Positions 1-9,311 of a stretch of 49,440 nt of DNA are shown here, one piece after another (positions within the stretch are counted from its first letter, which is position 1; every line of letters begins with the position of its first letter). The translations under genes were made by a program, and so were the position numbers. The stretch is taken from contig QHXG01000166.1 in the NCBI GenBank assembly GCA_003222845.1, positions 1 through 49,440 of the forward strand. The letters run 5' to 3'. The DNA is from Acidobacteriota bacterium (lineage in GTDB: Bacteria; Acidobacteriota; Blastocatellia; Pyrinomonadales; Pyrinomonadaceae). Below the pieces are notes generated by a model. That model was not told the DNA's origin and made no database searches. It saw nothing but the letters and a program-made list of their open reading frames with translations.

Positions 1-40
1 CCAAACGAGACACGGTCACAAACTGAAGTTTGTGCTACCT

Positions 41-742
41 TCATTCGATCTCGATCTTCTTTCCGCCGTGTCCATTGCGTTTGGCAATCGCGTGGAGCCG
101 CGCTCGCTCTTCATAGCCCTTGACAACACGCACCAACAAATCTCGCAAGCGATCGAGACGTTCTGATGTCGAGCGCAGCTCCAGCAAGTCCTGCTTCGTC
201 TCGGGTTCAATCTCCATCGCCGCGGCGACGAGGAATGAAAGCTTCTGCGCCTCCGTGTCGCTGATGTCAGGCAGGTTTCCGCGTTCGTCGTTGATCACGC
301 GAATCGCGTTGGCGACCCGCATAAACAAACCGGCAACCTCTCGCGACTTATTTGCCAGTTCTGACTCGTCTTCTTCGTCATCTTCGAAGTAGCTGGGACG
401 CACGACCAGATAGGAATCGCCGCGCTCGATATAGGCTTCCGCCTGATAACGAATGACTCCCACTGCCAGAATGTTAGAGCGGCCATCAGGCAAGGCCTGT
501 GTTTCGGCGACCTCGGCAACACAGCCTACGTGGCCAGCCGATGGCATGTCTTTCTCAGACGAACTGGAATCAAAGTAAGACAGGGCGAACAGATTATTGC
601 CGGCACGTACGTCGGCGAGCATCTGGCGATAACGGTCTTCAAAAATGTGCAGCGGCATCGGCATGCCGGGGAAGAGCACGACCGGCAGAGGAAACAGCGG
701 CAGCTCGCGAACGCCGCGTACTTTGTCTAGAGCTTCGCTCAT
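41..742 (-). CDS. stand-alone Lon N-terminal (LON substrate-binding) domain protein
   Basis: 233-aa ORF. 'LPLFPLPVVLFPGMPMPLHIFEDRYRQM' is the typical opening of the Lon N-domain. No AAA+ or protease part follows. Confidence 0.8.
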   Translation of the reverse strand: MSEALDKVRGVRELPLFPLPVVLFPGMPMPLHIFEDRYRQMLADVRAGNNLFALSYFDSSSSEKDMPSAGHVGCVAEVAETQALPDGRSNILAVGVIRYQAEAYIERGDSYLVVRPSYFEDDEEDESELANKSREVAGLFMRVANAIRVINDERGNLPDISDTEAQKLSFLVAAAMEIEPETKQDLLELRSTSERLDRLRDLLVRVVKGYEERARLHAIAKRNGHGGKKIEIE

Positions 743-898
743 CAGTACGGGTAATGCCTAAAGAAATACTGAATAGATTTATGACGGCGCTATTATCGCA
801 GACGACTTACCATAAGTCAGCAACGATTGCCGTCTTTGGTGTGATCGGCATCGTTGATTGAGGTGTGATAGTCTGATCGCGTTGCAGGAGGAGGACCG

Positions 899-1222
899 AT
901 GGTAGAGTTAGCTGAACGTGAATGCGTGCCATGTCGTGGCGGAGTGCCGCCCATGAAGGGCGAGGAAATAGAAAAGCTTTTGCCGCAGCTCGAAGGCTGG
1001 CAAGTGGTTGACGAACATCATTTGCAAAGGCTCTATCGCTTCAAAGATTTTCGCGAAAGTCTCGAATTCGTTAACCGCGTGGGCAATTTGGCAGAACAAC
1101 AGGGCCACCATCCTGACATCTGCTTTGGCTGGGGCAAAGTCGACGTGACGATCTGGACGCACAAGATCGACGGGCTCACCGAAAGCGATTTCGTGCTGGC
1201 GGCGAAAATCGATAAACTGTAA
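899..1222 (+). CDS. phhB: pterin-4a-carbinolamine dehydratase (PCD/DCoH)
   Basis: 107-aa ORF with the PCD core 'EQQGHHPDICFGWGKVDVTIWTH'. AGGAGGAGGA Shine-Dalgarno at 886-895. Confidence 0.85.
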   Translation: MVELAERECVPCRGGVPPMKGEEIEKLLPQLEGWQVVDEHHLQRLYRFKDFRESLEFVNRVGNLAEQQGHHPDICFGWGKVDVTIWTHKIDGLTESDFVLAAKIDKL

Positions 1223-1233
1223 GTACGGCCGTG

Positions 1234-1327
1234 TCAGAACCGCCTGCGGTAGCGGGCGGTTGATCCTTGACGGCGAGTCGGCTGTTGATGCTAAAGATCA
1301 ACCGCCCGCTACCGCAGGCGGTTCTGA
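1234..1327. repeat. REP-like perfect palindrome (32-bp arms, 30-nt loop)
   Basis: 1234-1265 'tcagaaccgcctgcggtagcgggcggttgatc' is the exact reverse complement of 1296-1327. Half-copies of the same arm occur at 21757-21776 and 42792-42816. Confidence 0.9.
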
Positions 1328-1411
1328 CCGGATGGCAAGGGCAACCGGCCTGAGTCGCAGCCGCATCGAAACCGCGGTTGGCGAGAGAGCCCAGAACTAA
1401 TTCCGATAGTA

Positions 1412-2416
1412 ATGATGAAAACACTTTCCTACCAGGCGCTGATTTTGTTTCTGTCGCTCTCGGCCGCAAACTTCGCCCAACAACCGAAGGCACAGAAGCC
1501 TGTCCAACCGGCTACCACCGAGCCGGGTCAGGAAAAGCCAGAGGTCATCAACGTACGCCGGGTTCGCTTGCCGATCACGGTGCTCGACAAGAGAGGCCAA
1601 TTCGTTTCCGGACTTGCTCAGAATGACTTCCAAATTCTCGAAGACAAAGTACCGCAGCAGATCGATTCCTTCACCAGTGAAGAAAACAATAATCTGCCGC
1701 TGTATGTAGCAGTGCTGATGGATACCTCGCCATCAACCGCCGGTAAGCTGAAGTTCGAGCAGGAGTCGGCGATGAACTTTATTCAAACGGTCGTGCGTCC
1801 GCGAAAGGACCGCGTACTCTTCGCCACCTTCGACGATCGGGTGACTCTACGGCAGGATTTTACCGACAGACTCGAGCTGTTGGATCGCGCTGTTTTCGCC
1901 ATCAAGAAAACCGGCGAAAAGACAGCGCTCTATGACGCCATCTGGCAATTCTGCGACGAAAAGATGCGCTCGGCGCAAGGCCGGCGGGCGCTGGTGGTAA
2001 TCACTGACGGCGAAGATACGTATAGCCGCGCGGATATCAACGACGCCATCGATATTGCGCAGCGCACAGAGACAACGCTCTTCGCGATCTCGACAAAGGC
2101 TGGACTGTCCAGCGCCGTGCCGGGCGTTGAATCAGGCCAGGTAAAAGACAGAGGCGACAAAGACCTGGACAGACTTTGTGAAGAAACCGGCGGCATGGCT
2201 TTCTTCACCGGCGACATGCTGTCACTCGAGCGCTCGTTTTCAAAGATCGCGAAAGAGCTTCGCTCGCAGTATTTGATTACTTATCGGCCTACGAACGATC
2301 GTTACGACGGAAGCTATCGGCGCGTCGACGTCAAGCTGAGCAACGGTCACGAGAATCTTAAGTTGAGAACCAAACGGGGATACAAAGCCGTCGCGGACAG
2401 CGTGATGCCTAAGTAA
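1412..2416 (+). CDS. secreted VWA domain protein (acidobacterial VWFA-related type)
   Basis: 334 aa with a signal peptide. It has an N-terminal 'VRLPITVLDKRGQFVSGL..DFQILEDKVPQQI' module and then a VWA MIDAS 'VLMDTSPS'. The C-terminal 'YRR..V' tail is shared with the next gene. Confidence 0.8.
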   Translation: MMKTLSYQALILFLSLSAANFAQQPKAQKPVQPATTEPGQEKPEVINVRRVRLPITVLDKRGQFVSGLAQNDFQILEDKVPQQIDSFTSEENNNLPLYVAVLMDTSPSTAGKLKFEQESAMNFIQTVVRPRKDRVLFATFDDRVTLRQDFTDRLELLDRAVFAIKKTGEKTALYDAIWQFCDEKMRSAQGRRALVVITDGEDTYSRADINDAIDIAQRTETTLFAISTKAGLSSAVPGVESGQVKDRGDKDLDRLCEETGGMAFFTGDMLSLERSFSKIAKELRSQYLITYRPTNDRYDGSYRRVDVKLSNGHENLKLRTKRGYKAVADSVMPK

Positions 2417-2427
2417 CCGAAGACAGG

Positions 2428-3570
2428 ATGACACCTTTTGGACGATATTTGTTGTTCTGCGCTTCGCTGATCGTTGCGGCGATCCTGCCGGGCTTTACTT
2501 ATCACACTGTCGCGCAGAATCCGGCGCAAAACAACAGTCGACCCCGTCGCGCCGAGGATGCACCGCAAAGCGCTCCTACGCCTCCCAAGAAGGAAGATGA
2601 GATCACCCTTCCGTCCGACGACGTGTTGAAGGTGGAAACCAATCTCACCAATGTTCTCTTTACTGCTTCCGACAAGCAGAAACGATTCATCAGCACGCTC
2701 AGGCGCGAGGATGTACGCGTGCTTGAAGACGGAGTACCGCAACAAATTTTCACTTTTCAACCGAACAGCGATCTGCCTCTGTCACTGGCAATTCTGATCG
2801 ATTGTAGTGGCTCTGAGGAACGCACCCTGCCGGAAGAAAAGGGAGCCGCGCGAACATTTCTCGAATCTGTCTTGCGTGCCGACAAAGACGAAGCCGCGAT
2901 AGTTTCCTTCACTGGCGAGGTCACACTCGAACAAGGGCTTACCGGCAATATTGCGCGCTTGCGTAGGGCGATAGATCAGGTTGAGTTTGTACCACCGTCA
3001 GGTTATATCGGCGGCGGTGTGGTGGTCGGGGGCACGCCTCCGATCTCCGGCACGCAGCAAACCCTGGCTGGTTCGACGGCGATCTGGGATGCAATCTGGG
3101 CGACATCGAACGAGCTGCTCTCAGAATCTGCCGAGCACACGCGTCGAGCGATCATCCTGCTGACTGACGGCGAAGACACCATCAGCCAGGTGCGCATGCA
3201 GGATGCAGTCAATCGGGCGGTGAAGGTCGATGCCTTGATTTACGCGATCGGCATTGGCGATCGTTATCAGTTTGGAATTAACGAAGGCGCTTTAAAGAAG
3301 ATCACCGAAAATACCGGAGGGCGAGCATATTTTCCGCGCAATGAACGTGATCTGCGCGACGCCTTCGCCCAGATTCAGAGAGACCTAAGAGAGCAATACC
3401 TGGTCGCGTATTCGCCTTCGAATAAAACTCGCGACGGGTCTTATCGTCGTATCACGATCGAAATCGTCAACCCCGAACTCCGCAAGGAAGGCTTCCGGCT
3501 GAATTACCGGCCCGGCTACTTCGCGAAGACTCCAGGATCCACGACCCCCACAAACGCCAAAAAACCTTAG
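2428..3570 (+). CDS. secreted VWA domain protein (paralog of 1412-2416)
   Basis: 380 aa with the same architecture: 'DVRVLEDGVPQQI', MIDAS 'ILIDCSGS', 'LLTDGEDT', 'GSYRRITIE'. It starts 12 nt after the upstream paralog. Confidence 0.8.
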   Translation: MTPFGRYLLFCASLIVAAILPGFTYHTVAQNPAQNNSRPRRAEDAPQSAPTPPKKEDEITLPSDDVLKVETNLTNVLFTASDKQKRFISTLRREDVRVLEDGVPQQIFTFQPNSDLPLSLAILIDCSGSEERTLPEEKGAARTFLESVLRADKDEAAIVSFTGEVTLEQGLTGNIARLRRAIDQVEFVPPSGYIGGGVVVGGTPPISGTQQTLAGSTAIWDAIWATSNELLSESAEHTRRAIILLTDGEDTISQVRMQDAVNRAVKVDALIYAIGIGDRYQFGINEGALKKITENTGGRAYFPRNERDLRDAFAQIQRDLREQYLVAYSPSNKTRDGSYRRITIEIVNPELRKEGFRLNYRPGYFAKTPGSTTPTNAKKP

Positions 3571-3782
3571 ATTTCACGGGTTCTAAAGCAAGTGACAACC
3601 GCTTTTTATCTTCATCTTTGATCGAAAGGGCCGGTTGATTCGCGTAAACCCCAGCTGCCCGCGGGCGAACTCGATTTGGTCGCAGCGATAATCGGAAAAC
3701 CTTTTGATTTTGATCAAGTGACCGGCACGATTGCCCGAGTTTGTGGTGGTGAAGCTTTGAGCATCTGACGGTAAGCGTTTGT

Positions 3783-5186
3783 TCAGGAGCGCCTCTCGAT
3801 CCTAACTTGAATCCCTTCCTTGGGCCGCAGCGACATCGCCGGTAGGATCGACACCGGATGATCCCGAACAAGTTCAAGGCGAAACTTCTGCCCCATGGTC
3901 GCCAGCACCAGAATAATTTCCATCATCGCGAACGAAGCCCCGATGCAAGCCCTCGGGCCGTGGCCGAAAGGAAAGTACGCGTACTTTGGCAAGCGCCCGA
4001 TGAATTCATCAGTCCATCGCTCCGGCTTGAATTCCAAAGGCTCGTCGTAGAAGCGCGGATCGCGCTGCGTGGCCCACTGAAACATGAATACCTGCGTTCC
4101 TTTGGGTATGCGATAGCCGCCGATCTCGCAATCATCAATCGCCTCGCGACCGAGACCGTAGGCGGGCGGATAGAGCCGCAACGATTCTTTCGCGATTTGT
4201 TCGGTATAGCGTAGCCGGGGAAGATCGGTCATTTCGGGTTTGCGATCGCCCAGCACCTCATCCAACTCCGCGTGAAATTTCTCTTCCGCTTCGCGATGTT
4301 TGCCGATTAGATACCACGCCCACGCCAACGTTAGCGCGGTCGTTTCGTGGCCCGCAAGAAACAATGTAATCACTTCGTCGCGTAGTTGGCGATCGCTCAT
4401 CTGACTGCCGTCTTCGTCGTGCGCCGCCAGCAGCATTGAAAGCAAGTCGCCCTCGTCTCTTTCGGTCGCTCTTCGGTCCGCGATGATGCGATAGACGATT
4501 TTGTCTATTTTCGCGGCCAAGGCGTGGAAACGGAAATGATAGGGCGTCGGCAGACGATTGTTCAGAATCCATTTCAAAGTTGCCTGCGACGCGAATGGCT
4601 TCACCAGTTCTTTGAGAGTTGTACCGACCTCATCCACATCGTTCGACACATCGGCGCTGAACAGACAACGGACGACGATTTCCAGCGTAAGCCGCATCAT
4701 GTCTCGATGAATGTCGCGCGTTTCGCCTTCTCGCCATGATGAAATCAGTCGCTGGGTATACTCGACCATGGTACTCGCGTACGTCGCGATTCGGTCGCGA
4801 TGGAAAGCGGGCTGCGACAGACGGCGCTGGCGCTTCCACTCTTCGCCCTGGCTCGTCACCAAACCGTTGCCGACCAATCGTTGAAAGAAATTAGAGCGCA
4901 GCGACATTGACTTGATGAAGTTCTTCGAATTCGTGGAGAGCACGTACTCGATGTCGTTGGGATGATAAAGAAAAAGCGCGGGCACGTAGAGAAAACGCAT
5001 CCACACCACATCGCCATGGTCGCGCGCGCAGCGCTCGATGAAACCGAGCGAGTCGCGATTGAACTCGCGCATGACGCCCATGATCGGCGAGCCCTTCGGG
5101 CCGGGGGGACGCGAGGATCTCACGGTTCTTGTAGGACGTTTAATCAGAGTCGCATTCATTTGATTTTCGCTCAGTCGGAGCGACAT
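3783..5186 (-). CDS. cytochrome P450
   Basis: 467 aa. Heme-thiolate loop 'FPFGHGPRACIGASFA' (FxxGxRxCxG), I-helix 'LAGHETT', and ExxR 'ESLR'. Confidence 0.9.
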   Translation of the reverse strand: MSLRLSENQMNATLIKRPTRTVRSSRPPGPKGSPIMGVMREFNRDSLGFIERCARDHGDVVWMRFLYVPALFLYHPNDIEYVLSTNSKNFIKSMSLRSNFFQRLVGNGLVTSQGEEWKRQRRLSQPAFHRDRIATYASTMVEYTQRLISSWREGETRDIHRDMMRLTLEIVVRCLFSADVSNDVDEVGTTLKELVKPFASQATLKWILNNRLPTPYHFRFHALAAKIDKIVYRIIADRRATERDEGDLLSMLLAAHDEDGSQMSDRQLRDEVITLFLAGHETTALTLAWAWYLIGKHREAEEKFHAELDEVLGDRKPEMTDLPRLRYTEQIAKESLRLYPPAYGLGREAIDDCEIGGYRIPKGTQVFMFQWATQRDPRFYDEPLEFKPERWTDEFIGRLPKYAYFPFGHGPRACIGASFAMMEIILVLATMGQKFRLELVRDHPVSILPAMSLRPKEGIQVRIERRS

Positions 5187-5230
5187 GTTTATATTCGGCC
5201 CCTAGTGGGGCCACCCAATTGGAGTGTCGC

Positions 5231-5554
5231 TCACGGATTCTTTGGCGTCACCGAAAGCGCAGGCGCCCGGCGTGGTGCGCTCGAATGCCAATGCACAATG
5301 CGCCAGCCGCCGTTGCGTTTTTCGAGAATTGCCGTGCCAAGTCCGCCGCCATCAACGTGTCGAGTCTTGCCGTTGTCCATAAAATCAGCGGCAATTGTGT
5401 ATTTCAGGGTCGCCCATGCTGTATTACCGGCAAGATGAATCTTTATATCGCTGAATTCGTATTTCGTGTTCTTCATCTCGCCCATTTCAGGAACGAGATG
5501 ATGTTCGCGATAGTCCGCCCAGCCATAATTAGCGTGGCCGCTCTCAAAGATCAT
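5231..5554 (-). CDS. NTF2-like (SnoaL/DUF4440-type) protein
   Basis: 107 aa. 'GNTAWATLKY...GGLGTAILEKRNGGWRIVHWHSS' is typical of the DUF4440/SnoaL-like fold. A signal-peptide-like 20-codon ORF with a good SD sits upstream in another frame (see findings). Confidence 0.6.
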   Translation of the reverse strand: MIFESGHANYGWADYREHHLVPEMGEMKNTKYEFSDIKIHLAGNTAWATLKYTIAADFMDNGKTRHVDGGGLGTAILEKRNGGWRIVHWHSSAPRRAPALSVTPKNP

Positions 5555-5641
5555 TAGCGACTTACCAGCAGAGCGACTAAGGCGAAAGTACCTTTGAAAT
5601 GTTTTTTTCGTTTCACATGGTTTCCCTCCTGTGAACTGTGC

Positions 5642-6070
5642 CTACTTTCGTTCCCAAGAAAGCAGCGCCACTCCACTGATCGTTAATAAGGTGCCGGCGA
5701 TTTTCATCCAACTCATGCTTTCACTTAAGAAGAGCCAGGAAAGGAAAAGCACCAGCAGGACATAGCTGGTAGAAATCCCAGTAGCCATTCCGACCGGAAG
5801 CTTCGACAGCGACAGCACAAAACAAATAGAGCCAAGCGCCATTAATAGTCCGATCGGTGCTCCTAACGGCAAAGCTTTGGTTGGAACGGTGAGACTGCCT
5901 TGTTTGATCCACAGGGCCGGTATCGCGGTGACTGCCATGCCGATCGCCATCAGAAAGTTCACTTGATACGGGTTCAACTGTTTCATGCTGAACTTCTCGA
6001 GAAATGAGGCGACGCCGACCATTACGATGTAGCCAGCCAGAAAGCCAAACCCAGACAGTGATGTATTCAT
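5642..6070 (-). CDS. small EamA/DMT-type membrane transporter (single EamA domain)
   Basis: 142 aa with 4-5 hydrophobic helices and an EamA-like pattern ending 'TLLTISGVALLSW'. Confidence 0.55.
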   Translation of the reverse strand: MNTSLSGFGFLAGYIVMVGVASFLEKFSMKQLNPYQVNFLMAIGMAVTAIPALWIKQGSLTVPTKALPLGAPIGLLMALGSICFVLSLSKLPVGMATGISTSYVLLVLFLSWLFLSESMSWMKIAGTLLTISGVALLSWERK

Positions 6071-6098
6071 CGTGTCCTTCCTTTCGCAAACTGTTGCG

Positions 6099-8042
6099 TC
6101 ATGGCTTCGAAGGCATCTTCTCTTCGTTTGATTTCATGTTCCCGTGCATTCCGTGCATCTTTCCCATCTCCATCTTGCGGGGACGGATTCGGAAAAACAG
6201 ACGCCACGAAACAGGATGGTTGCCGTAGAACTGATCGAGCACGGGAGGCTTTGAATAGAACGTGAGATCGCTTCCGAAGCCCATCGAGAGTCTGTCCGAC
6301 TTCCAAATGTCTCGGACGCCGCCGAAGGTATAAGCGCCGATGCGAAAGCTGGGATGGTCCTGCTTTATTCCCAGCTTGGCGCGCTCTGCCGGACGCAATA
6401 GATCGTCTTTGTCCACCAGTTCCAGCCGTGTGTACAGATAATTCCTGTCGAGGAAATTGACTGTGGACTCGGCTGTATAGCCATTTAGGTTTCCAACCTT
6501 ATCCGGACTATTAAGATGGTTGCGGCCCCAGATGACGCTCGTGGCCCAGTTGCCTCGATTGAATGGCTTGTTGTAACTGATGGACGCCGTAGTGCGGCGC
6601 ACATCGCCGGACTCTAACGTCTCTGGATGTCTGAGAAATCCGTAGCTCACTTGCATTGACCAGTTATTGTTTGGCTCAAACGAGAATCGCGCCGCACGAG
6701 AGTTCCATGGATGGGCCTCGAAGTTGTAACGATTCTCGTCCGGCTCTCTGCCGTTGAAGATCGAGCCTTCCACCTTGAACCAGCGATAGGTGAAGCCCGT
6801 CGTGAAAACGCCAAAACTGATGTGAGTGGAATCCTGAAGGTGATGCGACAGCGCCGCCGATGGATTCTCCGAGGCCGAAGCGCGATGCATGAATGCAGTT
6901 GGCCCAAGCGCCGGCTCGCCCGGATAGCCAAGATAAGTGAACCAGGTTCCGCGTTCGCCCAGCGCGACCGTGTACTGCGCCGACAGCTCCATCCAAAGAT
7001 CGTGCGGGTGCTGGCGATCGACTAGCGGCTGGCCCTTGAAAGTCTCTCCGGTTTGGAAAAGTAACGGCGAGCCTCCGCGAGCAAAAGTAAACGGCTCAAA
7101 ACTAAACATGCCGCGCAATTGCAGGGTCCCGTTGCCGAGTTTGTGAAAGGCCATCGGCATAAACCAGTTGACTGATTCGAATTTCGTGGTTCCTCGTGGT
7201 CCCCCTTGTGAGTTGATGCCGATGACTGCATTGTAGTGAAGCATCAAGAGCCATTTGCCCGCGATTTTATCAACCATGTGCATAGGCGATGAGGTGGGCT
7301 GCCAGGAAGTCCCAGATCCCATCTGTCCAAGATTCATCACATTGGCTTCACTGGCCCCGACTCGCACGCCCATACCTTCGCCAGACATCACCATTAGCGG
7401 CCCCATGTTCATATTCATTCCGCCCATGTCCATGCCGGGCATTTGACCCATCGGACTTGCTGATGGACTCGCTCCGGGCATCGGCATATTCATTTCCATC
7501 TTCGGTTGCGGAGAAGCTTGTGGATTTGGGGATGCTGACGGCATTTGCATACCGGGCATGTTCATCTCCATCTTCTGCGGCGATGCTGATGGCGATGGAC
7601 TTGTCTGCGGCATATTCATTCCCGGCATGTTCATTTGTTGCGGCGAAGGCTTAGGCGTCGGTGACTTTTTAGTCGCTGGCATTTCCATTCCGGGCATCTT
7701 CATTCCCGGCATATTGCCCATTTGATGTTTCGTGGTTGGCTTTTTTCGCGTAGTCCGATTCTTTCGCCGGGTATGTTTGTGCATTCCAGACATATTCATT
7801 CCGGGCATGTTCATGCCAGGCATGTTGGCCATGTTGTGTTTCTTTTCCGGCTTTCCTTTTTTGGTCGCGGTTCTTTTCTTTCGGCTCTTGGGTTTGCTCT
7901 TGCTCATGTTCATTCCACGCATGTTCTGCATGCCTTGGCCTTGAGCGATAGTACTGTCAGTTGAAGTAAGTACTAAGCCGGAAAAAATTATTGCGCTTAA
8001 CCCAACTATACGGACGGAAGCGCCAAAACCTGACCTCTTCAT
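6099..8042 (-). CDS. Met-rich outer-membrane beta-barrel-like protein (CopB/PcoB-like in concept, family not recognised)
   Basis: 647 aa. After a signal peptide comes a ~200-aa low-complexity region with about 44 Met in MPGMNM/MEMNM repeats, interspersed with Lys/Arg and Ser/Pro tracts. A ~400-aa Gly/aromatic-rich domain follows, then a Met/His tail 'MEMGKMHGMHGNM'. AAGGGGG SD lies before the ATG. Confidence 0.7.
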   Translation of the reverse strand: MKRSGFGASVRIVGLSAIIFSGLVLTSTDSTIAQGQGMQNMRGMNMSKSKPKSRKKRTATKKGKPEKKHNMANMPGMNMPGMNMSGMHKHTRRKNRTTRKKPTTKHQMGNMPGMKMPGMEMPATKKSPTPKPSPQQMNMPGMNMPQTSPSPSASPQKMEMNMPGMQMPSASPNPQASPQPKMEMNMPMPGASPSASPMGQMPGMDMGGMNMNMGPLMVMSGEGMGVRVGASEANVMNLGQMGSGTSWQPTSSPMHMVDKIAGKWLLMLHYNAVIGINSQGGPRGTTKFESVNWFMPMAFHKLGNGTLQLRGMFSFEPFTFARGGSPLLFQTGETFKGQPLVDRQHPHDLWMELSAQYTVALGERGTWFTYLGYPGEPALGPTAFMHRASASENPSAALSHHLQDSTHISFGVFTTGFTYRWFKVEGSIFNGREPDENRYNFEAHPWNSRAARFSFEPNNNWSMQVSYGFLRHPETLESGDVRRTTASISYNKPFNRGNWATSVIWGRNHLNSPDKVGNLNGYTAESTVNFLDRNYLYTRLELVDKDDLLRPAERAKLGIKQDHPSFRIGAYTFGGVRDIWKSDRLSMGFGSDLTFYSKPPVLDQFYGNHPVSWRLFFRIRPRKMEMGKMHGMHGNMKSNEEKMPSKP

Positions 8043-8145
8043 AATTCCCCCTTTGAACCTCTTCGCATAAATAAAGAAAGCTGACGAGAACGCGCACGAA
8101 GGCGCGCGTCCGCGTAAATCAGTTAGCGACGTTCAAATTAGGGAA

Positions 8146-8682
8146 CTAAATTCTGAAGACGTTGATTAGAACGTAGCGGGGGAACGAATTGCCCGGTGGC
8201 CCGTGTTCCAACGGTGTAATGGGAACGAGAGCGGAAGGCGAAGCCATTGCAAAGTCTGCCGGCGGCGCGTTTGTCTCAACCAATCGCTTCGAAGGATCAA
8301 CTGCGACGACGGTCGCGGTTACTGATATTGGCTGTGAATGCATCAAGCAATGAGGACAAGCTTCACCAGGATGATCCAAGGCATCTGCGTCCGCATTCGA
8401 ATCATTCGCCCCGTCTGTCTGGGCAACGGGGGCATCCGTGTCTCCCTGGGCGTTGTCCATAGATTCCATTTGCATGTCCGGCATATCCATGCCACACGTT
8501 CCCGCGTGTGATTCCAGTGATATCGGCTGATGTGCGGAATGTTTGAAGCTGCGAACGTGATTCTGAGTGAAGTGGGGGCAAAAGGAGGCTAACAGCATGT
8601 TGCCCCACGCGCTGGAAAGCAACGCAATAACGATGATAAGGGTAAACAACACCCGCTTTCCCACCGTTGCCATTGTTCGCAT
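8146..8682 (-). CDS. N-terminally anchored Cys/His/Met-rich protein, putative metal-binding, no family recognised
   Basis: 178 aa with one N-terminal hydrophobic helix and the motifs 'CPHF', 'HAGTCGMDMPDMQMESM' and 'CPHCLMHS'. Same strand as the Met-rich barrel gene and directly upstream of it. Confidence 0.6.
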   Translation of the reverse strand: MRTMATVGKRVLFTLIIVIALLSSAWGNMLLASFCPHFTQNHVRSFKHSAHQPISLESHAGTCGMDMPDMQMESMDNAQGDTDAPVAQTDGANDSNADADALDHPGEACPHCLMHSQPISVTATVVAVDPSKRLVETNAPPADFAMASPSALVPITPLEHGPPGNSFPRYVLINVFRI

Positions 8683-8872
8683 GCTAAAGTTTAAGGTCGT
8701 GGACCTACTCTAACACGCAACAACTTAAGCAACCAAGGACAGCGGGCCTGAAGACTTAACTCTTCTTCGCTGGCGCAGAATTGATTGACTCTCTCGCTCG
8801 CTACTTGCGAGCAAGGAAATCGCAGAAGCCACGGCGCGCAACGGTTTGGTCTGACGCGGGCTCGTCGAATGG

Positions 8873-9061
8873 CTACATTTTCATCTTTTTCTTACAGCAG
8901 GTCGCGTTTTTCTTTTTGCAACAGGCCTTACTATGGTTCTTCCCACAGCACGACTTCGCTTTTCCCGCGGCCGCCGGAGTATTGGCCAGGGCTACGGAGG
9001 AAGCTGCCATTAGCGCCGCCGCGCAGACAAGGCTCATTGCAACTGCTTTGATTTTTCTCAT
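8873..9061 (-). CDS. exported Cys-doublet/Lys-rich mini-protein (metallothionein-like)
   Basis: The start is moved to the second ATG (9059-9061), because AGGAG lies 9 nt upstream of it while the first ATG abuts the SD. The 62-aa product has signal peptide 'MRKIKAVAMSLVCAAALMAASSVALA' and then '..KSCCGKNHSKACCKKKNATCCKKKMKM'. Confidence 0.65.
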   Translation of the reverse strand: MRKIKAVAMSLVCAAALMAASSVALANTPAAAGKAKSCCGKNHSKACCKKKNATCCKKKMKM

Positions 9062-9228
9062 TTCGCGCATCTCCTAGTAAAAACTTGGTGAAAAACAGTT
9101 CGGAAGTGACAGTGAAACCCGCGACAGCTGGTTGTCTTGCGACTCCTCATGAACCGTCCTGTTCACTGACATTGGCGGGAGTCTACCGCGAGGCGGTTCG
9201 GATGTCGAGGTTTTTTTGGTCTGCTGGA

Positions 9229-9258
9229 GGTGATCTAAATCACACAAATTAGATCACC
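9229..9258. promoter_or_regulatory. 10-bp perfect inverted repeat GGTGATCTAA-N10-TTAGATCACC between the two CC-peptide genes (operator or hairpin candidate)
   Basis: 9229-9238 is the reverse complement of 9249-9258. There is no U-tract on the minus-strand side, so it is not a canonical terminator. Confidence 0.35.
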
Positions 9259-9311
9259 AACGTTGGACCAGTGTGGCAATCATACACTAGCTTTGCCTGA
9301 CTACCGGCTAA

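Noticed and set aside
3783-6070. P450, NTF2-like and EamA genes as a small biosynthetic gene cluster
   Set aside because: There is no core biosynthetic enzyme (PKS, NRPS, terpene synthase) or redox partner nearby. The genes are separated by hairpins and individually common, so evidence for a cluster is insufficient.
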